From Candidatus Nomurabacteria bacterium (GTDB lineage: Bacteria; Patescibacteriota; Minisyncoccia; Phycocordibacterales; JAACPR01): a stretch of 64,000 bases of DNA. Numbering within the stretch: the first letter of the stretch is position 1; every line of letters begins with the position of its first letter. Of this stretch, positions 47,901 through 56,900 are shown in pieces. A model generated the notes under the pieces. That model had not been told where the DNA came from and did not search any database. It worked only from the letters and a program-made list of their open reading frames with translations. The position numbers and the translations under genes are program-made. The DNA lies in assembly GCA_020632215.1 (NCBI GenBank), contig JACKFZ010000002.1, positions 8,701 to 72,700 on the forward strand, written 5' to 3'.

Positions 47901-50900
47901 ACCAGAGCTTGCCGCCCACTGAACACCCGTTCCGGTTGACTGAAGAACATAACCACTTGTTCCAAGAGAGGCATTGTTATCGTAAAGTCCTCCAGTCAAA
48001 GCGAAGTCTCCATCAACAGAAAGTGTGGCATACGGAGTCGATGTTCCAACTCCGACTTTTGCTGTTTCAGAACCATTATCTCCTTTAACAACAAAAACTT
48101 CATTATTTAAGACTGATGCTGTAGAGTTATAAATGACAAAATTTACACCGTTAGTATTTATATCAGAGCCTACAGTTAATACATCGGTGATTTGACCTGC
48201 ACCATCATTATTACCAACAACAAAAGCTCTAGTTTGATTGTCTGATTCAACGGCTAAATCACCTGAAGGTGTAGTTGTACCAATTCCAGTAAATCCTGAA
48301 TACCCGCTAATAGTAAACACTGGATAATTTGTTGGTCCCTCCGCTCTTATTGCAGCCTGAAAGATAGGGTTTGTTTGATTGTCAGTACCGACAACAGAGA
48401 ATCTAGCATAAGGACTTGTTGTTCCGACACCTACATGCCCTGCATTATCAGCAAGAAAGATCGTGTCATACTCTGGATCAGCAGAAAATGGTATAGATAA
48501 TAAGAACAGATCATTGGCCTCTGTACCTTCAACTGCCAACGTAGTAGAAACAGTACTTGTTCCAATTCCAAAATAATTATTTGTTGCATCCCAATAAAAA
48601 TCGCCCTTATCTTGAGCCAGATTTCCTGACCCATCAATAAACAAAACCGCACCAGGATCTCCTGAACCAATAGAATCTCCAATTGAGATTGACCCGGATG
48701 ACGCACCCCAAGTTGGAAGTCCACCAGATACAGATAGAACTTGTCCACTTGTTCCAATAGGAAGTTTAGCCAATGAATTTGAACCATCAGCATAAAGAAT
48801 ATCTCCGGCTGTATAAGTTGTAATTCCTGTACCACCATAAACCTCTCCTATAGCACTTCCATTCCATGTACCACTAGTAATAGTTCCTACGGTTGCAAGT
48901 GAAGAAGCACTTGTGAGATTAGCTAAGGTATCAATAGCAGATTCAATAGTAGATTCTGTTGTGGCGTCTAAACTATCAATATTCAGAATTGACGTATTCC
49001 CACCACTATCATAAATAATAGCTGAACTATTGACACTTAGGTAACCATTTGCATCAAGGTTAATTGAATAAACACCATCAATAGAATCTAGATCAGATAT
49101 TGTGATTCCAGAATTTTTAATAATTTTCCCAGTTGTCCCATTAAATCTCACTATTGCATTATTGGTTGCACTAGCTGGGCCACTAACATCTCCACTACCA
49201 CTAGCAACATCTTGCCAAGTTGGTGCTGTCCCTGTTCCATTTGAGGTTAATGTTTGACCACTTGTTCCAAAGAGACCATTCAGTGTTAGATAATTTGTTG
49301 TATTGAAGTTTGTTGTTGTTGCATTAGTAAAGACTCCTGTTGAAGCTGATGAAATACCTATTGGTGTATTATTAATTGTTCCACCTGATATAGTTAGATC
49401 ATTTGCAACATATGTATCAGCAACTGCTGTACCTTGCCATACACCAGTTCCAATAGTTCCAACCGTTGAAAGATTAGCCAAAGTTGTAATGTTTGGAAGT
49501 GTTGTTGTAGCACTTAGTCTGTTATCGAATCTTGTGTTGGTGAAGTAGAGATTGGTTGAACCTTCACTTAAAGCATCAGTGTCTGTTGCATTGAAGAAGT
49601 TGTAGAAAGGAATACCGAAGCTTGTGAGATTTGTGGCATCTAAGTAGTAACTTCCCTCTTGTCCATCGAATGTTCCTGTCCAGTTGCCTGTGGCGTCTAG
49701 AGTAATAGCTTCACCTACACAGTTAATACCTGTTCCTTCAACATCAGAACAATCAAATGATAATGTGTCATCTGTTAAATCAACACCTGTGCTGACTGCT
49801 AGGTTAGTGTTAGCACTAATGTCGATAGTGTCATTGTTAGTAAAGACATTAGTAACACCTGTTAGGAATGATTCAAGTGAGCTTTCGGTATTGTTGTTCC
49901 AGATTGTAGTTGAAGCATTGATGTAATCTGCAACGTCTGTGTCTGTGTAATGAGTTAGATCTGAGATTTGGCTTTCTGTGATTGAAAGATTAGCCAAAGT
50001 TGTAATGTTTGGAAGTGTTGTTGTAGCACTTAGTCTGTTATCGAATCTTGTGTTGGTGAAGTAGAGATTAGTTGAACCTTCACTTAAAGCATCAGTGTCT
50101 GTTGCATTGAAGAAGTTGTAGAAAGGAATACCGAAGCTTGTGAGATTTGTGGCATCTAAGTAGTAACTTCCCTCTTGTCCATCGAATGTTCCTGTCCAGT
50201 TGCCTGTGGCGTCTAGAGTAATAGCTTCACCTACACAGTTAATACCTGTTCCTTCAACATCAGAACAATCAAATGATAATGTGTCATCTGTTAAATCAAC
50301 ACCTGTGCTGACTGCTAGGTTAGTGTTAGCACTAATGTCGATAGTGTCATTGTTAGTAAAGACATTAGTAACACCTGTTAGGAATGATTCAAGTGAGCTT
50401 TCGGTATTGTTGTTCCAGATTGTAGTTGAAGCATTGATGTAATCTGCAACGTCTGTGTCTGTGTAATGAGTTAGATCTGAGATTTGGCTTTCTGTGATTG
50501 AAAGATTAGCCAAAGTTGTAATGTTTGGAAGTGTTGTTGTAGCACTTAGTCTGTTATCGAATCTTGTGTTGGTGAAGTAGAGATTAGTTGAACCTTCACT
50601 TAAAGCATCAGTGTCTGTTGCATTGAAGAAGTTGTAGAAAGGAATACCGAAGCTTGTGAGATTTGTGGCATCTAAGTAGTAACTTCCCTCTTGTCCATCG
50701 AATGTTCCTGTCCAGTTGCCTGTGGCGTCTAGAGTAATAGCTTCACCTACACAGTTAATACCTGTTCCTTCAACATCAGAACAATCAAATGATAATGTGT
50801 CATCTGTTAAATCAACACCTGTGCTGACTGCTAGGTTAGTGTTAGCACTAATGTCGATAGTGTCATTGTTAGTAAAGACATTAGTAACACCTGTTAGGAA

Positions 50901-53900
50901 TGATTCAAGTGAGCTTTCGGTATTGTTGTTCCAGATTGTAGTTGAAGCATTGATGTAATCTGCAACGTCTGTGTCTGTGTAATGAGTTAGATCTGAGATT
51001 TGGCTTTCTGTGATTGAAAGATTAGCCAAAGTTGTAATGTTTGGAAGTGTTGTTGTAGCACTTAGTCTGTTATCGAATCTTGTGTTGGTGAAGTAGAGAT
51101 TAGTTGAACCTTCACTTAAAGCATCAGTGTCTGTTGCATTGAAGAAGTTGTAGAAAGGAATACCGAAGCTTGTGAGATTTGTGGCATCTAAGTAGTAACT
51201 TCCCTCTTGTCCATCGAATGTTCCTGTCCAGTTGCCTGTGGCGTCTAGAGTAATAGCTTCACCTACACAGTTAATACCTGTTCCTTCAACATCAGAACAA
51301 TCAAATGATAATGTGTCATCTGTTAAATCAACACCTGTGCTGACTGCTAGGTTAGTGTTAGCACTAATGTCGATAGTGTCATTGTTAGTAAAGACATTAG
51401 TAACACCTGTTAGGAATGATTCAAGTGAGCTTTCGGTATTGTTGTTCCAGATTGTAGTTGAAGCATTGATGTAATCTGCAACGTCTGTGTCTGTGTAATG
51501 AGTTAGATCTGAGATTTGGCTTTCTGTGATTGAAAGATTAGCCAAAGTTGTAATGTTTGGAAGTGTTGTTGTAGCACTTAGTCTGTTATCGAATCTTGTG
51601 TTGGTGAAGTAGAGATTAGTTGAACCTTCACTTAAAGCATCAGTGTCTGTTGCATTGAAGAAGTTGTAGAAAGGAATACCGAAGCTTGTGAGATTTGTGG
51701 CATCTAAGTAGTAACTTCCCTCTTGTCCATCGAATGTTCCTGTCCAGTTGCCTGTGGCGTCTAGAGTAATAGCTTCACCTACACAGTTAATACCTGTTCC
51801 TTCAACATCAGAACAATCAAATGATAATGTGTCATCTGTTAAATCAACACCTGTGCTGACTGCTAGGTTAGTGTTAGCACTAATGTCGATAGTGTCATTG
51901 TTAGTAAAGACATTAGTAACACCTGTTAGGAATGATTCAAGTGAGCTTTCGGTATTGTTGTTCCAGATTGTAGTTGAAGCATTGATGTAATCTGCAACGT
52001 CTGTGTCTGTGTAATGAGTTAGATCTGAGATTTGGCTTTCTGTGATTGAAAGATTAGCCAAAGTTGTAATGTTTGGAAGTGTTGTTGTAGCACTTAGTCT
52101 GTTATCGAATCTTGTGTTGGTGAAGTAGAGATTAGTTGAACCTTCACTTAAAGCATCAGTGTCTGTTGCATTGAAGAAGTTGTAGAAAGGAATACCGAAG
52201 CTTGTGAGATTTGTGGCATCTAAGTAGTAACTTCCCTCTTGTCCATCGAATGTTCCTGTCCAGTTGCCTGTGGCGTCTAGAGTAATAGCTTCACCTACAC
52301 AGTTAATACCTGTTCCTTCAACATCAGAACAATCAAATGATAATGTGTCATCTGTTAAATCAACACCTGTGCTGACTGCTAGGTTAGTGTTAGCACTAAT
52401 GTCGATAGTGTCATTGTTAGTAAAGACATTAGTAACACCTGTTAGGAATGATTCAAGTGAGCTTTCGGTATTGTTGTTCCAGATTGTAGTTGAAGCATTG
52501 ATGTAATCTGCAACGTCTGTGTCTGTGTAATGAGTTAGATCTGAGATTTGGCTTTCTGTGATTGAAAGATTAGCCAAAGTTGTAATGTTTGGAAGTGTTG
52601 TTGTAGCACTTAGTCTGTTATCGAATCTTGTGTTGGTGAAGTAGAGATTAGTTGAACCTTCACTTAAAGCATCAGTGTCTGTTGCATTGAAGAAGTTGTA
52701 GAAAGGAATACCGAAGCTTGTGAGATTTGTGGCATCTAAGTAGTAACTTCCCTCTTGTCCATCGAATGTTCCTGTCCAGTTGCCTGTGGCGTCTAGAGTA
52801 ATAGCTTCACCTACACAGTTAATACCTGTTCCTTCAACATCAGAACAATCAAATGATAATGTGTCATCTGTTAAATCAACACCTGTGCTGACTGCTAGGT
52901 TAGTGTTAGCACTAATGTCGATAGTGTCATTGTTAGTAAAGACATTAGTAACACCTGTTAGGAATGATTCAAGTGAGCTTTCGGTATTGTTGTTCCAGAT
53001 TGTAGTTGAAGCATTGATGTAATCTGCAACGTCTGTGTCTGTGTAATGAGTTAGATCTGAGATTTGGCTTTCTGTGATTGAAAGATTAGCCAAAGTTGTA
53101 ATGTTTGGAAGTGTTGTTGTAGCACTTAGTCTGTTATCGAATCTTGTGTTGGTGAAGTAGAGATTAGTTGAACCTTCACTTAAAGCATCAGTGTCTGTTG
53201 CATTGAAGAAGTTGTAGAAAGGAATACCGAAGCTTGTGAGATTTGTGGCATCTAAGTAGTAACTTCCCTCTTGTCCATCGAATGTTCCTGTCCAGTTGCC
53301 TGTGGCGTCTAGAGTAATAGCTTCACCTACACAGTTAATACCTGTTCCTTCAACATCAGAACAATCAAATGATAATGTGTCATCTGTTAAATCAACACCT
53401 GTGCTGACTGCTAGGTTAGTGTTAGCACTAATGTCGATAGTGTCATTGTTAGTAAAGACATTAGTAACACCTGTTAGGAATGATTCAAGTGAGCTTTCGG
53501 TATTGTTGTTCCAGATTGTAGTTGAAGCATTGATGTAATCTGCAACGTCTGTGTCTGTGTAATGAGTTAGATCTGAGATTTGGCTTTCTGTGATTGAAAG
53601 ATTAGCCAAAGTTGTAATGTTTGGAAGTGTTGTTGTAGCACTTAGTCTGTTATCGAATCTTGTGTTGGTGAAGTAGAGATTAGTTGAACCTTCACTTAAA
53701 GCATCAGTGTCTGTTGCATTGAAGAAGTTGTAGAAAGGAATACCGAAGCTTGTGAGATTTGTGGCATCTAAGTAGTAACTTCCCTCTTGTCCATCGAATG
53801 TTCCTGTCCAGTTGCCTGTGGCGTCTAGAGTAATAGCTTCACCTACACAGTTAATACCTGTTCCTTCAACATCAGAACAATCAAATGATAATGTGTCATC

Positions 53901-56900
53901 TGTTAAATCAACACCTGTGCTGACTGCTAGGTTAGTGTTAGCACTAATGTCGATAGTGTCATTGTTAGTAAAGACATTAGTAACACCTGTTAGGAATGAT
54001 TCAAGTGAGCTTTCGGTATTGTTGTTCCAGATTGTAGTTGAAGCATTGATGTAATCTGCAACGTCTGTGTCTGTGTAATGAGTTAGATCTGAGATTTGGC
54101 TTTCTGTGATTGAAAGATTAGCCAAAGTTGTAATGTTTGGAAGTGTTGTTGTAGCACTTAGTCTGTTATCGAATCTTGTGTTGGTGAAGTAGAGATTAGT
54201 TGAACCTTCACTTAAAGCATCAGTGTCTGTTGCATTGAAGAAGTTGTAGAAAGGAATACCGAAGCTTGTGAGATTTGTGGCATCTAAGTAGTAACTTCCC
54301 TCTTGTCCATCGAATGTTCCTGTCCAGTTGCCTGTGGCGTCTAGAGTAATAGCTTCACCTACACAGTTAATACCTGTTCCTTCAACATCAGAACAATCAA
54401 ATGATAATGTGTCATCTGTTAAATCAACACCTGTGCTGACTGCTAGGTTAGTGTTAGCACTAATGTCGATAGTGTCATTGTTAGTAAAGACATTAGTAAC
54501 ACCTGTTAGGAATGATTCAAGTGAGCTTTCGGTATTGTTGTTCCAGATTGTAGTTGAAGCATTGATGTAATCTGCAACGTCTGTGTCTGTGTAATGAGTT
54601 AGATCTGAGATTTGGCTTTCTGTGATTGAAAGATTAGCCAAAGTTGTAATGTTTGGAAGTGTTGTTGTAGCACTTAGTCTGTTATCGAATCTTGTGTTGG
54701 TGAAGTAGAGATTAGTTGAACCTTCACTTAAAGCATCAGTGTCTGTTGCATTGAAGAAGTTGTAGAAAGGAATACCGAAGCTTGTGAGATTTGTGGCATC
54801 TAAGTAGTAACTTCCCTCTTGTCCATCGAATGTTCCTGTCCAGTTGCCTGTGGCGTCTAGAGTAATAGCTTCACCTACACAGTTAATACCTGTTCCTTCA
54901 ACATCAGAACAATCAAATGATAATGTGTCATCTGTTAAATCAACACCTGTGCTGACTGCTAGGTTAGTGTTAGCACTAATGTCGATAGTGTCATTGTTAG
55001 TAAAGACATTAGTAACACCTGTTAGGAATGATTCAAGTGAGCTTTCGGTATTGTTGTTCCAGATTGTAGTTGAAGCATTGATGTAATCTGCAACGTCTGT
55101 GTCTGTGTAATGAGTTAGATCTGAGATTTGGCTTTCTGTGATTGAAAGATTAGCCAAAGTTGTAATGTTTGGAAGTGTTGTTGTAGCACTTAGTCTGTTA
55201 TCGAATCTTGTGTTGGTGAAGTAGAGATTAGTTGAACCTTCACTTAAAGCATCAGTGTCTGTTGCATTGAAGAAGTTGTAGAAAGGAATACCGAAGCTTG
55301 TGAGATTTGTGGCATCTAAGTAGTAACTTCCCTCTTGTCCATCGAATGTTCCTGTCCAGTTGCCTGTGGCGTCTAGAGTTAGTGCACCGCTTGAGATTGT
55401 TAGACCTGAACCTGTGAGGTCTGTTACGTATTCCGAGTTAATTCCAAATGTGTCTGTGTAGAAGGTGGTTGAGGTTGCACCAGTAACTGTAATGTCATCA
55501 AAAAGAGAATCCCCAATAACCTCTAAGATATACCCTGATGATGTTGTCGCACTACCACCTACAATAACAACATCAGATGTGTCATCTGGGTATATGGCTA
55601 GATTATCTGTGGTCGTTGCCCAAACTCCAGATCCTCCACCTCCTCCTGTTGAATCAGCTCCCCAAGTCGGCACACCTCCAGAAACTTTCAAAACTTGACC
55701 GCTAGACCCTATAGGCAACTTAGCTAATGAATTGGCACCATCAGCATAAAGAATATCACCCGTCGTGTATGTTGTAATTCCAGTGCCACCATAGACTTCT
55801 CCTATAACACTTCCATTCCACACACCACTTGTAATAGTTCCTATAGTAGCAAGTGAAGAAGCAGATGTTAGATTAGATAAGGTATCAATAGCAGATTCAA
55901 TAGTAGATTCTGTTGTGGTATCTAGTGCATCAATGTTTGAGAGAGTAGCTGTTCCTGCTGAGTCAGTAATAATAGATGTTCCAGCTATTGTTAAACTTCC
56001 ACTTGTATTTAGATCTACAGATGCTACACCATCTATGTTATTTGAATCATCTATGGTGATTCCTGAATTTTGAATGGTTGTTCCTGTTATTCCGTTAAAT
56101 CTTACTATTGCGTTATCTGTAGCTCCAATTGGACCTGAGACATTGCCAGCTCCTGAGGGAGTTGCCCAAGTTCCATCTCCTCGCCAAAATGTTGCACTTG
56201 ATGCTCCGGTTCCTGAGCCTAAGTTTGTGACAGGAAGATTTCCACTAACATCACTTGCCAAATCAACCTGATCCAGAGTAATTTGTTGTCCTGATAATGT
56301 GAGGTAATCATAAGAGCCTGCAAGTGTGACTGGATCATGTGAAGAAATACCTAGAGATGATGTGGCTACCGTGTCCCATCTACTACCTGTCCAGTACAGC
56401 ACATCTCCATATGCACTACCTGCTTCGTGTGCAATTGTAGTTGAAGCATTGATATATGAAGCAACTCTTGCATCTGTAAAATACAAATTGGTACCTCCTT
56501 CACTTAGAGCATCTGTAGTAGTACCTGCAAGATGACCTGCAAAGTCTGTAATTGTGTAGTGATCTAGATTACTGATTTGAGATTCAGTGATTGAAAGATT
56601 AGGTAGTGCTGTGATTGAAGCAACAGATGATGTGGCAGCCAAGCTTGAAGTGAATCTGTTTTCTGTGTAGTAGAAGTTGTTTGATCCTTCACTTAGAGCG
56701 TCTGTGGTTGTGGCATACCAGTTTGCAAGTGATAGATAGTTTGAAGCTGTTATGTTGTCGTCTATGTATGCATCGCCGATTGAAGTCCCATTCCACACAC
56801 CTGAAGTAATAGTACCTACTGTGGAAAGATTAGGAAGAGCAGTTAGCGTACCAACTGATGATGTTGCATTGATTCGTGCATCTGCTCTGGCATTGGTGAA